64,000 nucleotides of DNA from Opitutales bacterium (GTDB lineage Bacteria > Verrucomicrobiota > Verrucomicrobiia > Opitutales > Opitutaceae). The DNA lies in contig JBBQUU010000021.1 in the NCBI GenBank assembly GCA_038212175.1, positions 1,969 through 65,968 on the forward strand, written 5' to 3'. The notes below the pieces were generated by a model. It was given only the letters and a program-made list of their open reading frames with translations, was not told where the DNA came from and ran no database searches. How positions within the stretch are numbered: position 1 is the first letter of the stretch; every line of letters begins with the position of its first letter. The position numbers were made by a program, and so were the translations under genes. Shown here in pieces: positions 27,115-35,449 of the stretch.

Positions 27115-27148
27115 TTGACCCACTCCACAACCTAGCCAACATAGCCAC
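27115..27148 (+). promoter_or_regulatory. vapBC-2 promoter/operator: TTGACC-N12-TAGCCAAC-A-TAGCCAC
   Basis: Same architecture and spacing as 25922-25956. A third AGCCAACATAGCCAC copy lies inside the first codons (27158-27172). Confidence 0.4.
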
Positions 27149-27457
27149 ATGCTTACAGCCAACATAGCCACGGCTAGAAACGAACTCTCCCGTCTGCTCC
27201 GGCATGTCAAGCGCGGCGAGACCGTGCTCATCACCGAGCGCAACCACCCCGTCGCCCGCCTCGAACCCATTCCCGCCTCTACCTCCGATACCCCTGCCGC
27301 CCTCGCTCCGCTCTACGAAGCCGGCCTGCTCACCCCACCGCAAAAATCTTCTTGGGACGCGCAAGCGTTCCTCTCCTCTCTTCCTGCCACCGCCCCCCTC
27401 GCGCCCGGACGCGACCTCGCCTCGGCGGTCGTCGCCGACCGGGAGGAGTCCGCATGA
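27149..27457 (+). CDS. Phd/YefM-type antitoxin (VapB-2)
   Basis: MLTANIATARNELSRLLRHVKRGETVLITERNHPVARLEP. ATGA overlap with the toxin gene. Confidence 0.75.
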   Translation: MLTANIATARNELSRLLRHVKRGETVLITERNHPVARLEPIPASTSDTPAALAPLYEAGLLTPPQKSSWDAQAFLSSLPATAPLAPGRDLASAVVADREESA

Positions 27458-27876
27458 GATTTTGGGACAGCTCCGCTGTCGTCACCCTGCTTCTCGCCGA
27501 GGCCGATACCGAGCTGCGCCGGCGCCAACTCGCCGAAGACCCCTCCCTCGCCGTCTGGTGGGGCACCCTCCCCGAGTGCGAATCCGCTCTCGAACGCCGC
27601 CGCCGCGACCAATCCCTAACCGCCGATCAAGTCCGACTTGCCCGCACCCGCCTCGCCGAACTCTCCGCCCACTGGCACGAAGTCGCGCCCTCCGTACCGC
27701 TTCGCACCCTCGCCGTCCGCCTGCTTCGCACCCACCCTTTGCGCGCCGCTGATTCCCTGCAACTCGCCGCCGCCCTCACTCTCGCCCAAGCCGGACTCCC
27801 TGGTCTCCCCTTCCTCACCGCCGACACTCGCCTCGCCAACGCCGCCGAGATTGAAGGCCTGCCCGGCGGACGATAA
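27454..27876 (+). CDS. vapC: PIN-domain toxin VapC-2
   Basis: Start at ATG 27454 (MRFWDSSAVVTLLL...). AADSLQLAAAL and FLTADTRLANAA motifs. Confidence 0.8.
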   Translation: MRFWDSSAVVTLLLAEADTELRRRQLAEDPSLAVWWGTLPECESALERRRRDQSLTADQVRLARTRLAELSAHWHEVAPSVPLRTLAVRLLRTHPLRAADSLQLAAALTLAQAGLPGLPFLTADTRLANAAEIEGLPGGR

Positions 27877-27943
27877 CCGACGCCGAACTCAAGGCGGCTA
27901 CACAGGACGACCAGACACGCCCTTAACCCTAAACCGTGGCTCG

Positions 27944-28108
27944 ATGCCTTCCCTCCTCGTCTCCCTCGGCACTTCCCCGGCCATCGTGCCCGAGGCCTTT
28001 CTTCTGCCCGATGTGACGTTTGAGGCCGTTCATGTAATCACGACGGAGCGGCCCGACATCGCTCCAATCCATGATTTCTTCGCCGGCAGGTTTCCGAAGG
28101 TGGCCTGA
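27944..28108 (+). pseudogene. Cas_NE0113-family (CARF-like CRISPR-associated) N-terminal fragment, 54 codons
   Basis: MPSLLVSLGTSPAIVPEAFLLPDVTFEAVHVITTE matches the family N-terminus (L..LGtSPqVvTEtl ... v.viTT). It terminates early; full-length members are ~200 aa. Confidence 0.55.
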
Positions 28109-28266
28109 CTCGTCTCGACCTTCTTCGCCTCCAGCGCAACGCCCTCGATGCCGCCTTTGTGAGTCCTCGCCTCAGGCGATTCTTGGGCAATCAACTTTCC
28201 GGCCGGCTGGTCCCTTCAGCGACTCGAATCGCGAATTAGTCTTCAGCCCGCCCCGCTCCCCGCATC

Positions 28267-28312
28267 TTGACACCTGTGCACCACTGCACCATGGTGCTCT
28301 TACACCACTACA
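28267..28312 (+). promoter_or_regulatory. vapBC-3 promoter/operator with perfect palindrome GCACCATGGTGC
   Basis: TTGACA 28267-28272, palindrome 28286-28297, CACCACT(G/A)CA direct repeats at 28279-28288 and 28303-28312, then ATG 28318. Confidence 0.4.
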
Positions 28313-28317
28313 TCATC

Positions 28318-28656
28318 ATGCGCCTCTCCATCACTCTCGACGACGATCTCCACCGCATCGCCTCGACCCGTGCCCGCGCCCGGCGCACGTCCATCTCCAA
28401 GGAAATCAACGCCCTTCTCCGCCAGGCCACGATGCCTTCCCCGCCCCAGTTCGTCGTTCCTGTCCACGCCTCCGTCGATCCCGCCAAACACACACCAGAC
28501 TCAGCCACCGGCCTGCTCATCAGCCACGGACGTCTCCGATTTCCAGTCAGCCCGGGTCGTCCCGGCCTCACCCTCGCAATGCTTCAACAGGCTGAGAACG
28601 ACGAAGACTTCCGTCACATGGCCCCGGGCCTTCCACCCGGCGGGCAAACCCCATGA
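28318..28656 (+). CDS. Ribbon-helix-helix antitoxin (VapB-3)
   Basis: MRLSITLDDDLHRIASTRARARRTSISKEINALLRQA (CopG/RHH pattern). ATGA overlap with the toxin gene. Confidence 0.7.
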   Translation: MRLSITLDDDLHRIASTRARARRTSISKEINALLRQATMPSPPQFVVPVHASVDPAKHTPDSATGLLISHGRLRFPVSPGRPGLTLAMLQQAENDEDFRHMAPGLPPGGQTP

Positions 28657-29063
28657 GCTCAAGCCCCGTCTGGCTCGCCGATGGCAACGTGCTCATCGCC
28701 GTCGCTCTCGCCACTCACCCCCACCACCCGCGTGCAATCCGCTGGTTCGATGCCCTCACAACCCCCTTCGCCACCTGCGCCATCACTGAAGGCACTCTCT
28801 TGCGACTGCACATGCAGTTTGCCGCCGACGCTTCCCCAGCCGCCGCGTGGGCCGCGCTTCAGCGCCTCTGCGCCTTGCCTCACCACGTTTTCTGGGACGA
28901 AGCATTCTCCTATCTCGAAATCGATCCCACCGGTCTGTCCGGCCATCGCCAGGTCACCGACGCCTGGCTGGCCCACCTCGCCCGCCGCCGTGGAGGCCGG
29001 GTAGCCACCTTCGACACCAGCTTTGCCCATAACCACCCCGACGTCGCCACACTGCTCCCCTGA
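28653..29063 (+). CDS. vapC: PIN-domain toxin VapC-3
   Basis: WLADGNVLIAVALATHPHHPRAIRWF...FATCAITEGTLLRL...QVTDAWLAHLARRRGGRVATFD is typical of VapC. Confidence 0.8.
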   Translation: MSSSPVWLADGNVLIAVALATHPHHPRAIRWFDALTTPFATCAITEGTLLRLHMQFAADASPAAAWAALQRLCALPHHVFWDEAFSYLEIDPTGLSGHRQVTDAWLAHLARRRGGRVATFDTSFAHNHPDVATLLP

Positions 29064-29426
29064 CCCCATCGCAACCCTGCCGCCCTTTCTTGCCGCCCTA
29101 CCCTCGAACAATGGCATGCGGAACGCCTCGCCCTGCACAGTAACCTCCAGAATCTGGAAAACCGCTTTCGCGACATGCGTCCCGGTTCCCCGGGCGACCC
29201 ACCGCCGCCTCCCTCTTCACCGACGCCCGAGCCCACCTTCGATGACTCGCGCCGCGAATTCGCCGATCCCGCTGTCGACCCGGTTCGCGAATGCACCGAG
29301 ATCGTCGGCAACAGGGCTGAGGAAAAAGCGGTCGAGCCGTTACACGTTACATTCTCTGGCAAAGCGGTGAATTGCCACGCGCCCTGCCGCCTGGCTTCCC
29401 ATGGCGAGGTGATCCGTGTACAACCC

Positions 29427-30767
29427 TTACAAACCGCCCATGTCGGCGAATTGTTCGCTCTGGGCGCGCTCGCTGCCGTCCGGCCAGAGGATCATGCCGG
29501 CGCCGACGGTCGCGTTGGTAAACTCGTCGACCAGGATGAAGCTGCCCGTGGTGCGATTGCGTTTATACGGATCGATCATGAGCGGCACGGCGGTCCGCAC
29601 ATGGATGCGGCCAATGTCGTTCATGCCGATCGTCAGGTCGTCCTCCTTCTTGTGCAGGGTGTTGATGTCGACCTTGTACCGGACCGACTTCACCATCGCC
29701 TTCGTTTCGCGCGTGGCGTGCCGGAGGATGTATTTGCCACCTGGATTCAACGGCTTCGCGTTGAACCAGCAGACCATCGCCTCGACGTCCTGGGTGACGA
29801 CAGGCTGGTTGTGCAGCTTGGCGAAAAGGTCTCCGCGCGAGCTGTCGATCTCCCGGTCGAGGGTGATGGCGACGGACATCGGCGCAAACGCCTCCGCGAC
29901 CTCACCCTGGGGGCCGTGAATCGACTTGATGCGCGCCGGCAGACCGGACGGCAGGCTGACGATCTCGTCACCCGGCTTGAACACCCCTCCGGCCACGCGT
30001 CCCGCGAAGCCGCGGAAATCGTGATGCTCGTCGCGGTTGGGCCGGATGACGGTCTGGATGGGAAAGCGCGCGTCGACGTGGTTGAGGTCGGACCCGATGT
30101 AGACGGTCTCGAGCGTGTAGAGCAACGAGCCGCCGTGGTACCACGGCATGCGCACGGACTTGTCGACCACGTTGTCGCCGTGCAGCGCCGAGATCGGGAT
30201 GAATTTCACGTCGGCGATGTTGAGCCGCGAAGCAAACTGCGAGTACTGGTCGACAATCTCGTTGAAACGCGCCTCGGAGAAATCGACGAGGTCCATCTTG
30301 TTGACCGCGACGACCACGTGCGGAATCCCGAGCAGGGACGCGATGAACGAGTGACGGCACGTCTGCTCGATCACACCCTTGCGGGCATCGATCAGAATGA
30401 TGGCGAGGTTGGCCGTGGAGGCGCCCGTCACCATGTTGCGCGTGTACTGGATGTGCCCCGGCGTGTCGGCGATGATGAACTTGCGCCGCGGCGTGGCAAA
30501 GTACCGGTAGGCGACGTCGATCGTGATGCCCTGCTCGCGCTCGGCGCGCAGGCCGTCGGTCAACAGGGAAAGGTTGAGCGTTTCCTCGCCGCGCTGCCCG
30601 GTGACGCGTTCAAGATTCTCCAGCGTATCCTCGAAGATCGCCTTGGAATCGTACAGCAGACGTCCGATGAGCGTGGATTTGCCGTCGTCGACGGACCCCG
30701 CGGTCGTGAACCGCAGCAGATCCATGGATAGGTAATGTTCGTCAGTGTGTGGGGCGGAAGCGGTCAT
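29427..30767 (-). CDS. cysN: Sulfate adenylyltransferase subunit 1
   Basis: 446 aa. GTPase motifs GSVDDGKSTLIGRLL, DTPGH, NKMD. Confidence 0.9.
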   Translation of the reverse strand: MTASAPHTDEHYLSMDLLRFTTAGSVDDGKSTLIGRLLYDSKAIFEDTLENLERVTGQRGEETLNLSLLTDGLRAEREQGITIDVAYRYFATPRRKFIIADTPGHIQYTRNMVTGASTANLAIILIDARKGVIEQTCRHSFIASLLGIPHVVVAVNKMDLVDFSEARFNEIVDQYSQFASRLNIADVKFIPISALHGDNVVDKSVRMPWYHGGSLLYTLETVYIGSDLNHVDARFPIQTVIRPNRDEHHDFRGFAGRVAGGVFKPGDEIVSLPSGLPARIKSIHGPQGEVAEAFAPMSVAITLDREIDSSRGDLFAKLHNQPVVTQDVEAMVCWFNAKPLNPGGKYILRHATRETKAMVKSVRYKVDINTLHKKEDDLTIGMNDIGRIHVRTAVPLMIDPYKRNRTTGSFILVDEFTNATVGAGMILWPDGSERAQSEQFADMGGL

Positions 30768-30790
30768 TTTTTGAAAATCGGAAGGGGAGT

Positions 30791-31248
30791 ATTTAACGCA
30801 GAGGCGCGAAGGCGCAGAGGAGAAGGCGGGTCAGAGTCGATTCACGATGCGGTGAATGCCGTCCTTCACCAAGCGCTCGCCGAAGTTGATCACAAGGCCG
30901 AGTTTGAGGCCTGTCAGGCGCAGGTACCTGAGCATCTGGGCGTCAAAGATTTTATTGTATTCAGTAACGGCCTTGAGATCGACGATCACCAATCCGTTGA
31001 TGCGCAGGTCGAGTCGAAGGGGGGTCGCGAGCAATTTGCCCTTATAGCGAATGGGAACCTGCTGCTGCCGCTCGACCAAGAGTCCGCGGAGAGTGAGTTC
31101 CTCCACCAGCGCTTCTTCATACACGCTTTCCAAGAGCCCAGGGCCGCCCAGTTCGCGATGCACTTCAATGGAGGCGTCCACGATAATTCGGCTAAGGGCG
31201 TTTTCGTCCATGGCTGGCTCGTTGCGGCTTCGCGTCTTTGCGTTAAAT
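30791..31248. mobile_element. Putative mini-cassette: GxxExxY gene bounded by 26-bp imperfect terminal inverted repeats
   Basis: Left atttaacgcagaggcgcgaaggcgca (30791-) versus the reverse complement of the right end, atttaacgcaaagacgcgaagccgca (-31248): 23 of 26 positions match by my alignment. It fills nearly all of the 486-bp cysD-cysN spacer. Confidence 0.4.
30831..31211 (-). CDS. GxxExxY-family protein (PD-(D/E)XK nuclease-fold mini-protein)
   Basis: 126 aa. IVDASIEVHRELGGPGLLESVYEEALVEEL (GxxExxY), RLDLRINGLVIVDLKAV, and the GLVINFG tail. Confidence 0.8.
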   Translation of the reverse strand: MDENALSRIIVDASIEVHRELGGPGLLESVYEEALVEELTLRGLLVERQQQVPIRYKGKLLATPLRLDLRINGLVIVDLKAVTEYNKIFDAQMLRYLRLTGLKLGLVINFGERLVKDGIHRIVNRL

Positions 31249-31253
31249 CCGGT

Positions 31254-32159
31254 TCAGAAGTACCCGGCCTTCTTGCGGTCCTCCATGGCGGTCTCGGAAC
31301 GTTTGTCGTCGGCGCGGGTGCCGCGCTCGGTGAGGCGGGCGCTCGCCACTTCCTGGATCACCTCGGCCAGGGTGCTGGCGGGCGACTCGACGGCACCGGT
31401 GCACGTGGCATCCCCGACGGTGCGGAAGCGCACCATGCGATCCTCGTAACGCTCGCCGTCGAGAAGAGTGATGAAGGGCGATTCGGCCAGCAGTGTGCCA
31501 TTGCGATTCACCACGCGGCGGGTGTGGCTGAAATAGATCGCCGGGATGTGCAGATTCTCCCGGGCGATGTACTGCCAGACGTCCATCTCGGTCCAGTTGG
31601 AGAGCGGGAAGACGCGGAAGTGCTCGCCGATCGCCTTGCGGCCGTTGAACAGGTTCCACAGCTCGGGGCGCTGGTTCTTCGGATCCCACTGGCCGAACTC
31701 ATCGCGATGGGAAAAGAAACGCTCCTTGGCGCGGGCCTTTTCCTCGTCGCGGCGGGCACCGCCCAGACAGGCGTCGAATTTGAATTCCTCGATGGTATCG
31801 AGCAGCGTGACCGTCTGCAGTCCGTTGCGCGAGGGATTGGGCCCCTTCTCCTCCTGCGCGCGACCGGCCTTGATGGAGTCCTCGACATAGCGAACAATCA
31901 GACGCGCGCCGACGTCCGCCGCGAACCAGTCGCGGTACTCGATCGCTTCGGAAAAGTTGTGCCCGGTGTCCACGTGCACGAGCGGAAACGGAATCTTCGC
32001 CGGTGCGAACGCCTTTTGGGCGAGGCGGGCCATCACGATGGAATCCTTGCCGCCCGAAAAGAGCAGCGCGGGGCGCTCGAACTGGGCGGCGACTTCGCGC
32101 AGGATGAAAATGGCCTCGTGCTCCAGCTGGGCGAGGTGCGTGAGATTATAGGAACTCAT
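31254..32159 (-). CDS. cysD: Sulfate adenylyltransferase subunit 2
   Basis: 301 aa. PALLFSGGKDSIVM PP-loop, with the C-terminal EDRKKAGYF typical of CysD. Confidence 0.9.
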   Translation of the reverse strand: MSSYNLTHLAQLEHEAIFILREVAAQFERPALLFSGGKDSIVMARLAQKAFAPAKIPFPLVHVDTGHNFSEAIEYRDWFAADVGARLIVRYVEDSIKAGRAQEEKGPNPSRNGLQTVTLLDTIEEFKFDACLGGARRDEEKARAKERFFSHRDEFGQWDPKNQRPELWNLFNGRKAIGEHFRVFPLSNWTEMDVWQYIARENLHIPAIYFSHTRRVVNRNGTLLAESPFITLLDGERYEDRMVRFRTVGDATCTGAVESPASTLAEVIQEVASARLTERGTRADDKRSETAMEDRKKAGYF

Positions 32160-32770
32160 TGCGAAAGACGAAGACGCGGGACGACGAAGGCATGCAGGCG
32201 ATCAAGCGACGCGGCCGGCGTTTCGGCTTCGGTCGCAATCTCCAACGCGGCCTCACCCGCCAGCGGCGCCTCGAACGCCGAATCGCGTCCGGTGAACTGC
32301 CCCACTCCGCCCGCCGCCGCCTTCGCGTAGAGGCCTTTGGGATCGCGCTGCGCACACGCCTCGAACGAGGCCGCCACATGGATTTCGAGAAAGTCATCCG
32401 CCCCGATGATCTCGCGGGCCAGCTGCCGATGCGCGCGCAGCGGTGTGATGAAGGAGCACACCGTGACCACGCCTGCCTGCACAAACAGCTTCGCCACTTC
32501 GGCGACGCGCCGCAGGTTTTCGGAACGATCTGCCTCGCTGAAACCCAGTCCACGATTGAGCCCCGTCCGGACGTTATCGCCGTCAAGCAGATGGGTTGCA
32601 AAACCCTCCCCGGCCAGCCGACGCTCCAGCGCCACCGCCAAGGTGCTTTTGCCCGCGCCCGACAACCCATAAAGCCAGATCACCCGCGCCCGTTGCTGCA
32701 GCCGCGCCTCCTTTTCGGCCCGCGAAAGGACGCGATCAAAGATCGGGTGGAGGTTGTCAGCGGCGGCCAT
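32156..32770 (-). CDS. cysC: Adenylyl-sulfate kinase
   Basis: 204 aa. VIWLYGLSGAGKSTLA P-loop, LDGDNVRTGLN. 4-bp overlap with cysD. Confidence 0.9.
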   Translation of the reverse strand: MAAADNLHPIFDRVLSRAEKEARLQQRARVIWLYGLSGAGKSTLAVALERRLAGEGFATHLLDGDNVRTGLNRGLGFSEADRSENLRRVAEVAKLFVQAGVVTVCSFITPLRAHRQLAREIIGADDFLEIHVAASFEACAQRDPKGLYAKAAAGGVGQFTGRDSAFEAPLAGEAALEIATEAETPAASLDRLHAFVVPRLRLSQ

Positions 32771-32865
32771 TATCTTAAGTGAGTTGATGAACTTTTATAA
32801 GTAATGACAGACGGGCAAGTCAAATTCCCGCGGACGCCTCTGAATCCACCTATGCCGGCGAAGCC

Positions 32866-32963
32866 GGAAATCCCAAATCACAAATGCCCAAATCCCAATC
32901 AAAAGTACGCCGCAGGCGCTCTCGCTTGTTTGGCGTTTGGACCTTTGGCGTTTGGAATTTCCC
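32866..32963. repeat. Family-C imperfect palindromic element
   Basis: ggaaatcccaaatcacaaatgcccaaatcccaa ... ttgtttggcgtttggacctttggcgtttggaatttcc. The arms are ~75 percent complementary. Confidence 0.7.
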
Positions 32964-33021
32964 GTCCATTATCGTCTCAAACCTGCACGTTCCTCACAGG
33001 TGAGGGACTAACTCGCCAGGT

Positions 33022-33756
33022 TCATTGAGCTTCCAATTCCCGACGCCACGCTTCGATGCGATGTCCGACGGTTGCGACGAGTTCCGGGTCGACGGCTTCC
33101 ACGCCGGTTTGAACCAGCCACTGGTGATGGTTCTCAAGGACCTGGAGGCCCTCCGAACGGCGTCCCAACCGCCACAGGAGCCCCGCCCGAATTCGCTGGG
33201 TGTACAACGGAGCGGCGGGATGCCGCGCCGCGCGACCATAGCACGCCGCCGCCTGCTCCAAATCGTTCCGCCGATGAAGATGAATGTTGCCCATCTCGAT
33301 CAGCAGGCGCGGATCGTCGGGGTGGTGGTGCAATGCGGCTTCCAGGCGCCCTAGCGCGAGCCGCGCCTGTTCGCGATCGATTTGCCCGCGTAGTGCCTCC
33401 GTGGCGACACCACGCTTTGCCGCCTCGCGCAGCCGGACATCGGCAAAATCGTAAGCCAGCATGCGCGCTCCATTGGTCCAATAGGCCACGACCTGCGGGT
33501 CCAGCGACGTGGCGAGGGCGCTCCAGCGCATCACCGACGCTTCATCGCCCCGCTCCCACGCCAGCTGCACGCGCAGCCAGACCAGCCCGGCCGCGACGCC
33601 GCGGAAGCCGCCCAGCACGAGCGGGAGCGTTCCGCTCGACGCCTCCGCCGGCGCCGTCCACGACGTGGTGGGCAGATCCCGCGACTTGGGATTGCCCAGC
33701 CAGACACCGGCCGCTCCGAGAAGCAGAGCACCGGTGCAGACCCACACGGTTGCCAT
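33022..33756 (-). CDS. Membrane-anchored helical-repeat (TPR-like) protein, function unknown
   Basis: Start taken at MATVWVCTGALLLGAAGVWL (4 nt after the permease stop). One or two TM segments, then a helical-repeat region. Confidence 0.55.
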   Translation of the reverse strand: MATVWVCTGALLLGAAGVWLGNPKSRDLPTTSWTAPAEASSGTLPLVLGGFRGVAAGLVWLRVQLAWERGDEASVMRWSALATSLDPQVVAYWTNGARMLAYDFADVRLREAAKRGVATEALRGQIDREQARLALGRLEAALHHHPDDPRLLIEMGNIHLHRRNDLEQAAACYGRAARHPAAPLYTQRIRAGLLWRLGRRSEGLQVLENHHQWLVQTGVEAVDPELVATVGHRIEAWRRELEAQ

Positions 33757-33760
33757 CGCT

Positions 33761-34570
33761 TCACGGCTCACGATGACGAAACGCAACCGTGGCTACGGCC
33801 AACGCGATCAAGGTATGCCCGGCGCCATAAATAAAAAGCCGCCCCACCTGGGCCCACGACAACGGCTCGCCCGCCGCCAGCGCCGCGGTCACGTCAAACG
33901 CCTGGAAATTCGGCAGCAACGACACCACCACGGCACCCAGGGCCCGCGGCACCCTGCCCTCCGTCTGCGCGACCAGCTCCGTCAGCACGGGATGCAGCTG
34001 ACAAATCACCAAGGCGAAAAGCGCGAGTGCACCCGTGAGCAGGGCGGTCCGGCAAATCACTGCCAGCGCGAGGGTGATCGCGGCGAGCAACCACAGTTTA
34101 ACTCCCTGCAACAGGCCGCCGAGCGCGACGTCGCCAAGACGGAGGTCCGCGTCGCCTCGCGCCGCGAGTAGAGCGACGAGCATCACGGTGATCGCCAGCA
34201 CATACACCGCAAACAATCCGGCGAGCCCGAGCCATTTTCCCACGAGAAACGTCCCGCGGGCCACCGGCCGCGCGAGCACCGTCAGCACAGTGCGTTGCTC
34301 GAATTCGTTAAAAATCAGCAGCGTGGTCACCGTAATCACCAGGCCCGCACCGAAGAGACCGAGCACGCCGAAGCCAAAGTTGAGCACAAACGCGGTTTCG
34401 GCCGTTCCGAAGTTGAACTCTCGCAGCCCCTGCACCGCAAAGACGAACGCGCCCGCCACCAGCACGACGCCAAAAAACCACCGCTGACGAATCGCCTCGC
34501 GCAGGGTCATGCCGGCGATGAGCCACGCACACATCGCCTGAGACCCGACGAGGTGCGAAACCGGGGTCAT
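33761..34570 (-). CDS. ABC-2-type transporter permease
   Basis: Start at MTPVSHL (ATG 34570, ATGA overlap with the ATPase stop). Six hydrophobic segments. Confidence 0.7.
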   Translation of the reverse strand: MTPVSHLVGSQAMCAWLIAGMTLREAIRQRWFFGVVLVAGAFVFAVQGLREFNFGTAETAFVLNFGFGVLGLFGAGLVITVTTLLIFNEFEQRTVLTVLARPVARGTFLVGKWLGLAGLFAVYVLAITVMLVALLAARGDADLRLGDVALGGLLQGVKLWLLAAITLALAVICRTALLTGALALFALVICQLHPVLTELVAQTEGRVPRALGAVVVSLLPNFQAFDVTAALAAGEPLSWAQVGRLFIYGAGHTLIALAVATVAFRHREP

Positions 34571-35445
34571 GCGAGCGTCTCCTTGCCCTCGGACGCGGGT
34601 GTCAGCGCGCGGATCACAACGTCCTCCAGCCCCATTCGCGCGGCCGCGACGTGGTCGAGGCGACTGCCACGTTGCTCCAGCCAGACGCCGAGATCGGCGA
34701 GGACCGCGGGTTCCATCGCACGCACGCGCAGCGATTGCATGCCGGCCTCGGGGGACGCGAGCAGATCGGACAAGGCGCCTTCGGTCACCAAGCGCCCGCG
34801 GTGGATGATCGCGACGCGATCGCAGAGCGTGTCGATCGAGGACAACTGATGCGTCGTGATGACGATCGCCTTGCCTTCGCGTTTCAGGCGCACGAGCAGG
34901 CCCGACAATTCCGCCAACGCCACAGGATCGACGCCGGCCGAGGGTTCGTCGAGGATGACTAATTGCGGGTCGTGCACGAGCGCTTGGGCGAGCCCGATGC
35001 GTTGCAACATGCCCTTGGAGTACGTGCCGATGCGTCGGTCCGACGCGCCTTCCAGCCCGACCCATGCGATGACCTCGCGTACGCGCGCCTCCAATCCCCG
35101 CCGGGGAAATCCGCTCAGGCGGCCGTGGTACGCCACGAGTTCCGCCCCGGTGACAAAACGGGGAAACTGCGGGGCCTCGGGCAGGTAACCGATCCGGCGC
35201 CGCGCCTCCAGCGATCCGGCCGGGGCACCAAAGACCCGCACCGTGCCTGCCGTGGGCGCGATCAGACCGAGAATCAACTTGATCGTCGTGCTCTTGCCCC
35301 CGCCGTTGGGGCCGAGCAGGCCGAACACACCCGAGGCCGGCACGGTCAATCGAAGCGCGTCCACGGCGCGCACCCGCACGCCTCGCAGGTTCACCGGGTA
35401 GTCCTTGGTAACGTCGATCAGCTCGATGGCCGCATCCATGCGCAT
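34567..35445 (-). CDS. ABC transporter ATP-binding protein (ABC-2 exporter type)
   Basis: Start at MRMDAAIEL. Walker A GPNGGGKST, signature YSKGMLQR, Walker B LVILDEP. Confidence 0.9.
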   Translation of the reverse strand: MRMDAAIELIDVTKDYPVNLRGVRVRAVDALRLTVPASGVFGLLGPNGGGKSTTIKLILGLIAPTAGTVRVFGAPAGSLEARRRIGYLPEAPQFPRFVTGAELVAYHGRLSGFPRRGLEARVREVIAWVGLEGASDRRIGTYSKGMLQRIGLAQALVHDPQLVILDEPSAGVDPVALAELSGLLVRLKREGKAIVITTHQLSSIDTLCDRVAIIHRGRLVTEGALSDLLASPEAGMQSLRVRAMEPAVLADLGVWLEQRGSRLDHVAAARMGLEDVVIRALTPASEGKETLA

Positions 35446-35449
35446 GGCC

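Noticed and set aside
27673-27688. Additional TGGCAC motifs as sigma-54 promoters: 27673 inside vapC-2, 57749 upstream of the DUF2934 gene region, and 13864 and 46434 in coding sequence.
   Set aside because: None has a GC dinucleotide at the required +12 spacing with a TTGC-like -12 element. Most are inside coding regions.
28109-28266. A continuation of the NE0113-like gene in another frame (for example TRLDLLRLQRNALDAAFVSPRLRRFLGNQLSGRL), and a coiled-coil-like frame at 29090-29180 (LEQWHAERLALHSNLQNLENRFRDM).
   Set aside because: Both look vaguely protein-like and share the island codon bias, but I recognise no family motif. They are left as unassigned debris rather than called.
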